Origin: Macrostomum lignano
Taxonomy: Eukaryota
Length of the DNA stretch: 64,000 nt
Direction: 5' to 3'
Assembly: GCA_002269645.1 (NCBI GenBank)
Contig: NIVC01000070.1
Location: 1,093,494-1,157,493, forward strand
Both the position numbers and the translations under genes were made by a program. Position 1 is the stretch's first letter; every line of letters begins with the position of its first letter. Below, in pieces: positions 47,895 through 62,178 of the stretch. Under the pieces are notes generated by a model. That model was not told where the DNA came from, did no database searches, and was given only the letters and a program-made list of their open reading frames with translations.

Positions 47895-48885
47895 AATGTC
47901 AGTGAAGTGTCAGGCGAATGTCAGTGTAGTGTCAGGCCAATGTCAGTGAAGTGTCAGGCGAATGTCAGTGTAGTATCAGGCCAATGTCAGTGTACTGTCA
48001 GTCCAATGTCAGTGTAGTGTCAGGCGAATGTCAGTGTACTGTCAGTCCAATGTCAGTGTAGTGTCAGGCCAATGTCAGTTTAGTGTCAGGCCAATGTCAG
48101 TGTAGTGTCAGGCCAATGTCAGTGTAGTATCAGGCGAATGTCAGTGTACTGTCAGTCCAATGTCAGTGTAGTGTCAGGCCAATGTCAGTTTAGTGTCAGG
48201 CCAATGTCAGTGTACTGTCAGTCCAATGTCAGTGTACTGTCAGTCCAATGTCAGTGTAGTGTCAGGCCAATGTCAGTGTAGTGTCAGGCCAATGTCAGTG
48301 TAGTGTCAGGCCAATGTCAGTGTAGTGTCAGGCCAATGTCAGTGTAGTGTCAGGCCAATGTCACTGTAGTGTCAGGCCAATGTCAGTGTAGTGTCAGGCC
48401 AATGTCAGTATAGTGTCAGTACAATGTCAATGTACTGTCAGGCCAATGTCAGTGTAGTGTCAGTACAATGTCAGTGTACTGTCAGGCCAATGTCAGTGTA
48501 GTGTCAGGCCAATGTCAGTGTAGTGTCAGGCCAATGTCAGTGTAGTGTCAGGCCAATGTCAGTATAGTGTCAGTACAATGTCAATGTACTGTCAGGCCAA
48601 TGTCAGTGTAGTGTCAGTACAATGTCAGTGTACTGTCAGGCCAATGTCAGTGTAGTGTCAGGCCAATGTCAGTGTAGTGTCAGGCCAATGTCAGTGTAGT
48701 GTCAGGCCAATGTCAGTATAGTGTCAGTACAATGTCAATGTACTGTCAGGCCAATGTCAGTGTAGTGTCAGTACAATGTCAGTGTACTGTCAGGCCAATG
48801 TCAGTGTAGTGGCAGGCCAATGTCAGTGTAGTGGCAGGCCAATGTCAGTGTACTGTCAGGCCAATGTCAGTATAATGTCAGGCAA
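47895..48885. repeat. 22-bp minisatellite (TGTCAGTGTAGTGTCAGGCCAA) x ~45
   Basis: Visible tandem units. Confidence 0.96.
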
Positions 48886-49220
48886 GTAATTCTGCAGTGC
48901 CAGTCCAACCAAATCTCGCATAGAGTTCCAATGCCTGTCAGAGTTTACATTGCATTAGATTAACTTGTGCACCTGATGAAGCTCAGGTGCATACGATAGG
49001 ATTAATAAGAGTCCCCCAGCAAGCGTGTCGCCTTGGCTTAGCCAAGATTTCCGCGTTCCGCGGTGCCAACCTCCACCTGAGAAATTATCTGTAGAGCACT
49101 CAGGGTCCTTGACTAGGTGTGACATGAGCCTATGAATTAATCTGTGATTACTCCATCACCATCCATAATTCCTTTAAAGCGATGAGGATTTCGTGCAAGT
49201 AGATAAAATAGGACATTTAA

Positions 49221-52200
49221 CTAGCCAATTCCAACCCCCGTTGGGGCTTTCCGTCAGAACTCCTACCAAAGTTTTCCCACGCAAAAGAAATTCACCCAAC
49301 TGAACCCCCCATCCAAAGAATCTCTCTGATGCAAATCAGATATCTCAGTAATTCTCCCAGTAAGCCTTGATATCTCAGTAATTCCTCCAGTAAGTCTTGA
49401 CATCTCAGCAATTTCTCCCCGTCCAAAGCCTTGGCATCTTAGCGATTCCCCTCCCCGAGACTTAAGACCTCAGCAATTCCTTTTTAAGCCTTCACACCTC
49501 AGCAATTCCCCCCACAAGCCTTGACATCTCAGCGATTCCCCCACAAGCCTTGGCATCTCAGCAAGTCCCTCTTAAGCCTTCACATGTCATTAATTCCCCA
49601 AGGTAAGATTTTATACATGTATCTCAATAATTCCCCTTGTAAATCTTGACATCTTAAAATTCTCTTCCGAGCAAGCATCCCCAAGAGCAAGCGTCCTTCC
49701 GATAGCAAGCATCCCCTGATAGAAAGTACCCCCAGCAAGATTAGTGAAGCAATTTCCTCAGCTAGCCAATTCCAACTCCCGTTGGGGCTTTCCGTCCAAA
49801 CTCCAGCCACAGTTTTCCTACGCAATAAAATTTCACCCAACTGAATCTCCCATACAAAGAATCCCTCATCCAAAGAATACACCACCCATAAAATCCACGA
49901 TACAAAGAATCTCACATGCAAAGAAGCCGCCATCCAAAAAACCTCCCATCGATAGAATCACCGATCCCAAGAATTCCCCATTCAAGGAATTCTCCTATCT
50001 GAAGAATTGCCCATCCATAGAATCTTACATGCAGAGAATCCCCATCCAAAGAACCCCCATCGATAGAATCCCCGATCCAAAGAATCCCCCTATCCATCCC
50101 TATCCAAAAAATCCCCGACCTCCATCCATATAAAAAAATCCCCCATCCAAAGAACCCCTATCAATAGAATCCCGGATCCAAAGAATTTCCCATTCAAGGA
50201 CTTCTCCTATCTGAAGAATTTCCCATCCAATGCATTGCCCATCCATAACATCTCACATGCAAAGAATCCCATTCAAAAGAATCTTTATTTAAAGAATCCC
50301 TCATTCACAGAATCCCCATCGAAAGAATCCTCCACCCATTCATATCCAAAGAATCCCCCATCCATTCCTAACTAAAGAATCTCCCTCCAAAGAATCCCCA
50401 TGCAAATAATCCACGTCCAAATAATCCCCATCCACAGAATCTCCATCCACATTATCCATTGATTCTCCCATCAAAAGAATAACTGGCCAAAGAATACCTT
50501 CATCTAAAAAACCCGTTCAAAAAATTCACGTCCAAATAATCCCCATCAACAGAATCCCCCATTCAAGGAATCCAAAGAATCTCCCATCCAAATAATCCGC
50601 CCATTAATAGAATTCTTGGCCAAAGAATCCCCTCATCTCCTCGAGATATCCATTAGAAGCATCTCTCGTTCAAAGATTCCCCAATCCATAGAATTCCCCC
50701 CCCCAAGACTTAACATCTCAGCAATTCCCACCAAGCCTTGACACCTCAGAAATTCCCTCCAAGCCTTGACATCTCAGCAATTCACTCTTAAGCCTTGGCA
50801 TCTCAGTAATTCTCTCAGTAAGCCCTTATATCTCAGTAATTCCCCCAGTAAGTCTTGACATCTCAGCAATTCCCCTCACGTCTTGATATTTCAGCAATTC
50901 CCTCTCAGCCTTGGCATCTCAGTTTAATAAAAATTTTTGTATATGGACTACATGAATACTCGTAGCTTCTCTTCTACCTGATTTACCTGACGTTTTTTTA
51001 GTTTTCTTTAGCTAAAAAGTTTAAAATTAATTTTTTTTAATAAAAAAGCTTTTACAAATTAAAAATTCGAACCCACGTCGCTGCATTAGCAGGTCAGTCT
51101 GTTTACCTCTAGGCTAGCTCTCATCGTTTTGATAACATAAATTGTAGCACTTACGAGTACATAATTCAACACTTTCAAAACTCCACACACAGAGTATGCG
51201 TCACATAGACACTCGCCCGGGGTAAAAGGGGGATACATCACACGACGCAGTTATGACATAATTTCTCAGCCAGTCTATCAGTTTCAAATAAAGTCACCAA
51301 TATGGTTACGCAATCTAAATCTAAATTCAATGGCGCTGGCTTGAATTGTGGAATTGCGATAAAGTAGGGGTTTGCGATATTGGAGAGCGTACAATGAGTA
51401 TATAAAGTAAAGTTCATAGGAATCTTCTTTCTAATGATGTGCTTTTAATTTTTCGAATCTAAGCAAAAAATTATATTCCCGAACTCAGCGTTTCAAGCTC
51501 TTTCTAGCAATACAAGGCTCTCTTCTGAAAGTAAAAAACTCGAAGCACAAACAACGATTGAACATTCCTGCTATAAAGCATTCAAATTCATAAGGTGTAC
51601 ATTCAGCGCTAGCTACAGTGAGAGGCCTGCAAGTTGATGCATTGAAATTAACAACCAAGCCAGCCCATGAATAATTGAATAGCGACACCCGCCCCTCAAT
51701 TAAAATGTGTTGCGCAACCTTTCAACGCTTGTAGCTCTCCCCGCGAGTGTGGAGAACCAATGCTATAGTTGGCACTGAGTTATGATGCAATACAATTCCA
51801 TCGGCAGTCAGACTGCTTCTCAATCGGAAAGAACTGTTTGAACTTTAAAAAACAGGGAGAAAATCGAGTTTTTCGAATATTTAAGCCCGAAAAAATGAAG
51901 CAATTTCTTAGCAAAATTTTGTGTACCAGCGCACCATCAATACGCATCGAATGCAGAAAACCCCACGAAATTCCGACTATGTAGAGTCAAGTTAAGCAAA
52001 GGTTCCTATAGGTACATAGTTTTGATTTTTAGTATATTGGAAGTATATTGTGATGGAAGCATCCAGAATTTTTATTATACCCCCCCCCTTAATTGGTTAC
52101 GCAAGTTAAATAGAGTAATTATCTGGGCAGTGGGGCAAAGTGAATTTTCTTATCAGTTGGCTCTGGCGCAATCATTAAAATTGGCTGTGAAGTTTCTCGC

Positions 52201-52470
52201 TGCGCGCAGGCTGATAAAAAAATACACTAAAAAGGCCATTTAAAACAGTTTTTCGAATATTTAATCCCCTTAGCATTGAGCTAGAGCTTAATAAAATTAC
52301 ATGTACCGTCCCGGGCACATTTGACATCTTTTGGCGAAGAAACGGAGAAAATCGGTTGAGCCTTTTGGGAGATAACCTGTTACATACCCACAGACAGACA
52401 GGGCCGGTGGAGGGGGGGTTGCTACTTTAGATATATTAGAAGATTAGAAGATAGAAGATTAGAAGATTAG
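49221..52470 (-). mobile_element. Non-autonomous Helitron-like element, unit U0 (divergent subfamily)
   Basis: On the minus strand: 5' end TCTAATCT...TCTAATATATCTAAAG followed by (TCTG)n; 3' end hairpin CCCCAACGGGGGTTGG then CTAG|T at 49224-49220, with a second copy of the 3' end at ~49762-49787; AT-rich block ~51430-51560 homologous to units U1-U4. Confidence 0.68.
51062..51120 (-). other. tRNA-derived (SINE-head-like) Pol III promoter fragment inside U0
   Basis: A-box-like TAGCCTAGAGG and B-box-like GGTTCGAAT at tRNA spacing (~43 nt); no acceptor stem, so not a functional tRNA. Confidence 0.42.
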
Positions 52471-54061
52471 ACGAGGCCAACTCCTCCTCTGGAGGAGAAA
52501 GGGGAAGAACTCCCATCACCGGAATTCTGAAGGGGAAGAACTCCTATCAGCTGAAATTTAATGAATTGAATCCCATCTTCCAAATCATCTCCAAATCCTC
52601 TACAATCTATCAACTCCCATCTCTCATATCTTGCGCCCTGCGCTCTGATTTTTATTTTTACTCTCTTCTTTCTCCTTACTAATTACTCATCTCTACACTT
52701 TCATCTCTCTCATCTCTGATCTTTCATATCTCTTCTCCCTCCTCTCTCCCTTCTCTCGCTTCTCTCTCTCCTCTATTCCTACTCTTCTCGCTTATCTCTT
52801 CTCTCTCATATCTCATCTCTACTCCCTTATTTATCTCTTCTCCCTCGCCTTTCGTCTGTACCCTCTCCTGTCTACTCTCATATCTTCTCTCTTATCTCTC
52901 CCCTCTCATATCTCATCTCTACTCACTTATCTATCGTCTCCGCTCTACTTTCTCTCTTCCCTTTTCTCTCTTCTCTCTGCTTTCATTACTCGTATCTCTT
53001 ATACGCTCTCACCCTCTCCTTTCTTATCTAACATCTTTCTTCCCTTTCTACTGCATCACCTGTCTCCTCTCCTCTCTTTTTTCTCCTCTCCATTCCCTCT
53101 TCTCTCCTCTTATCTCCCCTCATCTCTTCTCTAATCTCTCCTCTCTCCTCTCTCATATCTCTTCTCTACTCACTTATCTATTCTCTCTCCCCTTTTACAC
53201 TTTCCTATATGCTCTCACTCTCACCCTCTCCTTTCTTATATCCTGTTTTTTTACACTCTTTTCTATCACCTGTCTCCTCTCGTTTCTCTCCTCTCTGCAC
53301 TCTCATCTTTACCCTCTTCTTTCTCCTCACTACTTTCTTCTCTTGAATCTCTGATCTCTGATCTTTCATCTCTCTCCTCTCACCTCTCACCTCTCTTCTC
53401 TCTTTCCTCTCTTTTATTGCCTCTGTACGCTCTTATCCCTCCTTTCTTTTCTCTCCTGTCTCCTCTCTGCTATCTCATATCTCCTCTCTCATATCCTCTC
53501 CCTTCATCTCCTCTCTCCTCTTCTCTTTTCTCTTCCTTCGTTCCCGCCTTACTCCCCTCTTCTCTCCCATCTGTCATGTCTAATCTCTCCATTCATTTCT
53601 ACTCTGTTTTCTATCATCTCATCTCTCTTCTCTTTTCATTCTTCTCTTTACTCTCTTCTCTGACTGATTGAAGATGCCAAATCCATCAAGATCCTCTCCG
53701 CGAAGCAGAAAAATCCTGTCCGTGCAACTGAAAACCATCGAAATCCTCTCCGTGAAACTGGACTCCTTCGAAATCCTCTCCTTGAAACTTAAATCCATCA
53801 AAATGGTCTCCATAAAACAGAAATCAATCATAAATTATCTCCGCGAAACAGAAATCCTCTCCGTGAAGCTGAACATCATCGAAATCCTCTCCGTGAAACT
53901 GAACATCATCGAAATCCTTTCCACGAAACTGAACACCATCGAAATCCTCTCCACGAAACAGAAATCCTTTTCGTCAAAATTAAAACATTGAAATCGTCTC
54001 CGCTAAACTGGACTCAATCGAATTTTTTCCGTCAAACAACTCAACTCTCCGGATTCATTGG

Positions 54062-54089
54062 TTAGGGTTAGGGTTAGGGTTAGGGTTAG
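54062..54089 (+). repeat. Interstitial telomeric repeat (TTAGGG)4 in U1
   Basis: Direct read. Confidence 0.95.
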
Positions 54090-56793
54090 AACTACGCACA
54101 GGTTCGTGTTAAAAGGCACTGATAAAAATATTGAACTAATTGAATCAATTCATTGCGCAACTGATTTCACAGTCAGTCAGTCAATCTAAATCAACCCTCC
54201 AATACACAGCAGCAGTGAGAAGTTGAACCCTCCCCCCAACTTTATCTATTACGTCTCGCAAAACTGATTACAATTTTTGCAGAAAGTTAAAAGTATGGAA
54301 ATAGTTTTTTAAATGCGGTGCTTTTTCTTTTCATATTTAAAGCATACAACTTATATCCCCGAACTCAGCGCTGCAAGATCTTTCCAGCAATATAAGTCTC
54401 TCCTCTCAAAGTTTAAAACTCGAGGAACAGTTAGCGTTTGAAATTTACTGATTTCCCGACTGCTTGCTAGAGAAGCTCGCAAGTTTATTCATTGAATTTC
54501 ACTGCCAAACATACACAGGGCTGCCAATAATAAAACCAAATGAATCTCGACACAGTCTATCTATTTACACTGTACAACTGCTATGTACACTCAGCCCAAG
54601 CCCAACCCCCGTTCTGGGGAAGCATTAAATTTAACTCAACCCCCAACACGCGGGGGGTTTTATTTGCATTGAACCCAGAACACGCGCACCCACCACCCCT
54701 CAATACACAGCGGCCCGCGGGCGGAGGTTGGGGTGGCTATTTTTACAAACTGGCTGCAGCCCCAGGCAGAGTGGCCAAAGAAGGTTATTGGGGGTTAAAA
54801 AAGCAGTTTTCTGCTTTTTTAGGGATGTTAAAATGTGAAAATTAAAAATTAAAATAGCCTAAAGCCTGATCCGGAAAATTTGCAGTTTTCCCATATAAGT
54901 TTCGACGCTGACTTGCTAGTTGTCTAGGAGAAAAATCGCAACACACACACAATCATCGCACCAGTTTTAGTATTAAGACGAGTGGAACTCCTCCTTCGGA
55001 GGAGAAAGGGGAAGAACTCCCATCACCGGAATTCTATTCCCTGAAATATCCATCAACTGAAATTCCATGTCTTTAACCCTATCTTCCAAATCGTCTCCAA
55101 ATTCTTTACAAAATCTTTCAAATACCATAGCTCAAAGACTCTTACGTCTCTCATATCTACTCTCTCCTCTCTTCGCTATTATCGTGACTCGCTTCTCTCT
55201 CCTCTCTCTCATCTCATCTCTACCCCTACTCTCTTATTTATCTCTACTCCCTTATTTATCTCTTCTCCCTCGTCTTTCGTCTGTACCCTATCCTGTCTAC
55301 TCTCCTATCTTCTATCTTATCTCTCCCCTTTTCTCTCCTCTCTCATATCTAATCTCTAATCACTTATCTATCGTCTCCGCTCTACTTTCTCTCTTCTTTT
55401 TTCTCTCTTCTCTCTGCTCTCATTTCTCGTATCTCTTATACGCTCTCACCCTCTCCTTTCTTATCTCCCATCTTTCTTCCCTCCTTTCTACTGCATCACC
55501 TGTCTCCTCTCTTCTCTTTTCTCTCCTCTCCATTCTCTCTTCTCTACTCTCATCTCCCCTCATCTCTTCTCTCATCTCTAATCTCTTCTCTCTCTTATTT
55601 TCTCACTCATCTCTTTTCTCATTGCATCTCTCATCTCTCCTCTCTCTCTCTCCTCTCATCTGTACTATCTTTTTTATCTCTTCTCCCAGGTCTTTCAAAT
55701 TTACTCTCTCCTGTCTCCTCTCTCCCTCGTCTTTCCTCTCTCATATCTCTTCTCTACTCACTTATATATTCTCTCTCCTCTGCTCCCCTTTTACACTTTC
55801 CTATATGCTCTCACTCTCACCCTCCCCTTTCTTATCTGCTGTTTTTACACTCCTTTCTACCACCTGTCTCCTCTCGTTTCTCTCCTCTCTGCACTCTCAT
55901 CTTTACCCTCTTCTTTCTCCTCACTACTTTCTTCTCTTAAATCTCTGATCTCTGATCTTTCATCTCTCTCCTCTCACCTCTCACCTCTCTCCTCTCTTTC
56001 CTCTCTTCTATTGCCTCTGTACGCTCTTGTCCCTCCTTTCTTCTCCATCCTGTCTCCTCTCTGCAATCTCATATCTCCTCTCTCATATCCTCTCCCTTCA
56101 TCTCCTCTCTCCTCTTCTCTTCTCTCTCCTTCGTTCCCGCCTTACTTTCCTCTTCTCTCCCATCTGTAATGTCTAATCTCTCCACTCATTTCTACTCTGT
56201 TTTCTATCATCTCATCTCTCTTCTCTTTTCATTCTTCTCTTTACTCTCTTCTCTGACTGATTGAAGATGCCAAATCCATCAAGATCCTCTCCGCGAAGCA
56301 GAAATCCTGTCCGTGCAACTGAAAACCATCGAAATCCTCTCCGTGAAACTGGACTCCTTCGAAATCCTCTCCTTGAAACTTAAATCCATCAAAATCGTCT
56401 CCATAAAACAGAAATCAATCATAAATTATCTCCGCGAAACAGAAATCCTCTCCGTGAAGCTGAACATCATCGAAATCCTCTCCGTGAAACTGAACACCTT
56501 CGAAATCCTCTCCGTGAAACTGAACACCTTCGAAATCCTCTCCTTGAAACTTAAATCTATCAAAATCGTCTCCATAAAGCAGAAATCAATCATAAATTTA
56601 ACTCCGCGAAACAGAAATCCTCTCCGTGAAGCTGAACATCATCAAAATCCTCTCCGTGAAACTGAGCACCATCGAAATCCTCTCCACGAAACAGAAATCC
56701 TCTTTGTCAAAATTAAAACATTGAAATCGTCTCCGCTAAACTGGACTCAATCAATTTTTTCCGTCAAACAACTCAACTCTCCGGATTCATTGG

Positions 56794-56815
56794 TTAGGGT
56801 TAGGGTTAGGGTTAG
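56794..56815 (+). repeat. Interstitial telomeric repeat (TTAGGG)3 in U2
   Basis: Direct read. Confidence 0.95.
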
Positions 56816-59130
56816 AACTACGCACAGCTTCGTGTTAAAAGGCACTGATAAACTATTGAACTAATTGAATCAATTCATTGCGCAACCGATTTCACAGTCA
56901 GTCAGTATCAGTCTCAGTTAAAGTTAACAAAAACATTGCGCAATCTAAATCAACCCTCCAATACAAAGCAACTGACCCCCTTCCTATACACAGCGCCAGT
57001 TGGAAGTCGAAACCCCCAACTTTATCTCTCACCTCTCGCCAAAATGAGTACAATCTTTGCAGAAAGTTTAAAGTATGGAAATAGTTTTTGCAATGCAGAG
57101 CTTTTAGTTTTCATATTTGAAGCAAACAATTTATATCCCTGAAATCAGCTTTGCAAGTTCTATCCAGCAATATAAATTTTTTCTCTTAAAGTTAAAAACT
57201 CGAGCAACAGTTTGCGTTTGAAACTTTCTGATTTAAAGCATTGAAATATCGATTGTACGTTCACTGCCTGCTAAAGAGGCCCGCAAGTTTATGCATTGAA
57301 TTTCAACGTTCAACAAAATCACAGGGCTGCCTATTGAAAATTAGAACACAAATCTTTGCGCAATTGTCTATACAGTCAGCCAGTGAGCCAGGGTCCGATT
57401 GTACACAGGCAGCCATTTAGAACGCCCCATCCCCCCACTGGAGAGAAAATACACTGCAGAGATAGGGAAAAGTTGTGGCGCAATCACTTGAAATTCATGC
57501 AAATTTTCAGCTCCAAGCAGAAAGAGGGGACAATTAAGATTATCAAAGGTCAAGACCGCCGTTTTCTGCTTTTTTGAGGATTTTAGAAATTAAAATTTCA
57601 GAATTAAAATAGCCTATAGCCGACCTCGGATAATTTCCAATCTTCCCATATAAGTTTCAACGCTGAGTTGCCACTATTCAAGGAGGAGTTGTCGAAATGA
57701 CAGACAGACACACAGACAGACAGACAAACAACGCGTCAACTTTAGTATATACGAGTGGAACTCCTCCTTCGGAGGAGAAAGGGGAAGAACTCCCATCACC
57801 GGAATTCCATTCCCTGAAATATCCATCAACTGAAATTCCATGTCTTGAACCCTATCTTCCAAATCGTCTCCAAATTCTTTAGAAAACCTTTCAAAGACCA
57901 TAGCTCAAAGACTCTCACGTCTCTCATATCTACTCTCTCCACTCTGTGCTATTATCGTGACTCTCTTCTCTCTCCTCTCTCTCATCTCATCTCTACCCGT
58001 ACTCCCTTATTTATGTTTTCTCCCTCGTCTTTCGTCTGTACCCTCTCCTGTCTCTTGTCTCCTCTCTTCTCTCATATCTCTCCTCTTCACTTCTGTCTCC
58101 TGTCTTCTCTCTTCTCTCTTATCTCTCCCTCTTCTCTCCTCTTTTATATGTCATCCCTATTCACTTTTTCTATCGTCTCTCTTAACCCTCTCTCTCTTCT
58201 CTTTTCTTTCCTCTCTGCTCTCATTTCTCATATCTCATATACGCTCTCACACTCCACTTACTTGTCTCCAATCTTTCTTTCGTCCTTTCCACTTTTCCCT
58301 GTCTCTTCTCTTCTCTCTTTTCTATCCTCTCCATTCTCTCTTTTCTCCTCCCCTTGCTCCTTTTATCTTCTCCCCTCTCTTCTCTAATCTCTTCTCTCTT
58401 CTCTCTTATGTTCTCACTCATCTCTTATCATCGCATCTCTCATCTCTCCTCTCCTCACTACTTTCCTCTCTTAACTCTCTTATCTATTTCATCTCTCTCC
58501 TCTCTCCTCTTTCTCTTCTCCTCTCGCTTCTTCTCTCGCTTCTCTCTCCTATCTCTCCTCTCATCTCTACTACCGTATTTATATCTTCTAACTGGTCCTT
58601 CGTCTCTACTCTCTCCTTTCTCCTTTCTCCCTCTTTTCTCCTTTCTTGTCTCTCCTGTCTCCCCTCCTCTCTCATCCCTCATCCCCTCATCTCACTCTTT
58701 CTTTCTCCTCTACTCTCCCCTCTCTTCTATTTTCTCTGTACGCTCTTATCCCTAATCTATTTTCTCTCCTCTCTCCTCTTTTCTTCTCTCTCCCTCTTCG
58801 TTCCCGCCTAAATCCCCTCTTCTCTCCAATCTGTCATGTCTAATATCTCCACTTATTTCTACTCTGTTTTCTATCATCTCATCTCTCTTCTGCTTTCATT
58901 CTTCTCTTTACTCTTTTCTCTGACTGATTGAAGATGCCAAATCCATCAAGATCCTCTCCGCGAAGCAGAAATCCTGTCCGTGCAACTGAAAACCATCGAA
59001 ATCCTCTCCGTGAAACTGGACTCCTTCGAAATCCTTTCCGTGAAACTGAAAACCATCGAAATTCTCTCTTTTAAACTGGACTCAATCGAAATTTTCTCCG
59101 TCAAAAAAAATAAATATCAGGATTCATTGG

Positions 59131-59163
59131 TTAGGGTTATTGTTAGGGTTAGGGTTAGGGTTA
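59131..59163 (+). repeat. Interstitial telomeric repeat in U3: four TTAGGG plus one TTATTG variant
   Basis: Direct read. Confidence 0.95.
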
Positions 59164-62144
59164 AAGCTACACACAGCTGCGTGTTCAAATAAAAATTGAA
59201 CCAATTGAATCAATTTATTGCGCAACCGATTTCTCAGTCAGTCAGTATCAGTCTCAGTTAAAGTTAACAAAAAGATTGCGCAATCTAAATCAACCCTCCA
59301 GTACACAGAGACCGACCTTTTTTCAATACGCAGTAGCAGTTAGAAATTGAACGCCGAACTGTTGGGGGCATTGAACCAAAAAATGAGTACAATCTTTGCA
59401 TAAAGCTAAAAGTATGGAAATAGTTTTTTTGATGCTGCTCTTTTAGTCTTTATATTTATAGCAAACAATTTATATCCTCGAACTGAGCGTTGCAAGATCT
59501 TTTCAGCAGGATAAGTATCTTCTCTTAAAGTTTAGAACTCGAAGAGCAGTTAGCGTTTGAAAGTTCCCGTTTTAAGGCATTGAAATATCGCGTGTACGTT
59601 CACTGCCTGCCAAAGAAGCTCGCAAATTTATTCATTCATTACACAGGCTGGCTATTACACAGGGCAGCCTATTGAAAGGCACAGATAATAAAACAAATTG
59701 ATGGCGCAACCGATTTCACAGTCAGTCAGTATCAGTCTCAGTTAAAGTTAACAAAAACATTGCGCAATCTAAATCAACCCTCCAATACACAGCAGCAGTA
59801 AGAAGTTGAACCCTCCCCCAAACTTTATCTATTACGTCTCGCAAAACTGAGTACAATATTTGCAGAAAGTTAAAAGTATGGAAATAGTTTTTTCAATGCT
59901 GTGCTTTTTCTTTTCATATTTAAAGCAAACAATTTATATCCCTGAAATCAGCTTTGCAAGTTCTTTCCAGCAATATTAATTTTTTCTCTCAAAGTTAAAA
60001 ACTCGAGCAACAGTTAGCGTTTGAAACTTTCTGATTTAAAGCATTGAAATATCAATTGTACGTTCACTGCCTGCTAAAGAGGCCCGCAAGTTTATGCATT
60101 GAATTTCAAGGTTCAACAAAATCACAGGGCTGCCTATTGAAAATTAGAACACAAATCTTTGCGCAATTGTCTATAAAGTCAGCCGGTGAGCCAGGGTCCG
60201 ATTGTACACATGCAGCCATTTAGAACGCCCCATCCCCCACTGGAGAGAAAATACACTGCCAAGGTAGCAAAATTTTATGGCGCAATCACTTAAAATTCAT
60301 GCAAATTTTCAGCTCCGAGCAGAAAGAGGGGACAATTAAGATTATCAAAGGTCAAGACCGCCGTTTTCTGCTTTTTTGAGGATTTTAGAAATTAAAATTT
60401 CAGAATTAAAATAGCCTATAGCCGACCTCGGATAATTTCCAATCTTCCCATATAAGTTTCAACGCTGAGTTGGCACTATTCAAGGAGGAGTTGTCGAAAT
60501 GACAGACAGACACACAGACAGACAGACAAACAACGCGTCAACTTTAGTATATACGAGTGGAACTCCTCTTTCGGAGGAGAAAGGGAAGAACTCCCATCAC
60601 CGGAATTCCATTCCCTGAATTATCCATCAACTGAAATTCCATGTCTTGAACCCCATCTTCCAAATCGTCTCCAAATTCTTTACAAACCTTTCAAAGACCA
60701 TAGCTCAAAGACTCTTACGTCTCTCATATCTACTCTCTCCTCTCTTCGCTATTATCGTGACTCGCTTCTCTCTCCTCTCTCTCATCTCATCTCTACCCCT
60801 ACTCTCTTTTTTATCTCTACTCCCTTATTTATCTCTTCTCCCTCGTCTTTCGTCTGTACCCTCTCCTGTCTACTCTCCTATCTTCTCTATTATCTCTCCC
60901 TTTTCTCTCCTCTCTCATATCTCATCTCTACTTACTTATCTATTGTCTCCGCTCTACTTTCTCTCTTCTCTCTGCTCTCATTTCTCGTATCTCTTATACG
61001 CTCTCACCCTCTCTCTTTCTTATCTACCATCTTTCTTCCCTTTCTACTGCATCACCTGTCTCTTCTCCTCTCTTTTCTCTCCTCTCCATACTCTCTTCTC
61101 TCGTCTCATCTCCCCTCATCTCTTCTCTAATCTCGAATCTCTCCTCTCTCATATCTCTTCTCTACTCACTTATCTATTCTCTCTCCTCTGCTCCCCTTTT
61201 ACACTTTCCTATATGCTCTCACTCCCATCCTCTCCTTTCTTATCTCCTGTTTTTTACACTCCTTTCTACCACCTGTCTCCTCTCGTTTCTCTCCTCTCTG
61301 CACTCTCATCTTTACCCTCTTCTTTCTCCTCACTACTTTCTTCTCTTAAATCTCTGATCTCTGATCTTTCATCTCTCTCTCTCACCTCTCACCTCTCTCC
61401 TCTCTTTCCTCTCTTCTATTGCCTCTGTACGCTCTTATCCCTCCTTTCTTCTCTCTCCTGTCTCCTCTCTGCTATCTCATATCTCCTCTCTCATATCCTC
61501 TCCCTTCATCTCCTCTCTCCTCTTCTCTTCTCTCTCCTTCGTTCCCGCCTTACTCCCCTCTTCTCTCCCATCTGTCATGTCTAATCTCTCCACTCATTTC
61601 TACTCTGTTTTCTACCATCTCATATCTCTTCTCTTTTCATTCTTCTCTTTACTCTCTTCTCTGACTGATTTAAGATGCCAAATCCATCAAGATCCTCTCC
61701 GCGAAGCAGAAATCCTGTCCGTGCAACTGAAAACCATCGAAATCCTCTCCGTGAAACTGGACTCCTTCGAAACCCTCTCCTTGAAACTTAAATCCATCAA
61801 AATGTCTCCATAAAACATAAATCAATCATAATTTATCTCCGCGAAACAGAAATCCTCTCCGTGAAGCTGAACATCATCGAAATTCTCTCCGTGAAACTGA
61901 ACATCATCGAAATCCTTTCACGAAACTGAACACCATTGAAATCCTCTCCACGAAACTGAACACCATTGAAATCCTCTCCACGAAACTGAACACCATCGAA
62001 ATCCTCTCCACGAAACTGAACACCATTGAAATCCTCTCCACGAAACAGAAATCCTCTTCGTCAGAATTTAAACATTGAAATCGTCTCCGCTAAACTTGAC
62101 TTAATCGAATTTTTTCCGTCAAACAACTCAACTCGCCAGATTCA

Positions 62145-62178
62145 TTAGGGTTAGGGTTAGGGTTAGGGTTAGGGTTAG
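62145..62178 (+). repeat. Interstitial telomeric repeat (TTAGGG)5 in U4
   Basis: Direct read. Confidence 0.95.

Noticed and set aside
55067-61584. Long Ser/Leu-rich ORFs (284-312 aa) and MQLKTIEILSVKL ORFs in the repeat units
   Set aside because: Translations of CT-rich low-complexity DNA and short tandem motifs; frames are not conserved between units; no RepHel, RT or other domain.
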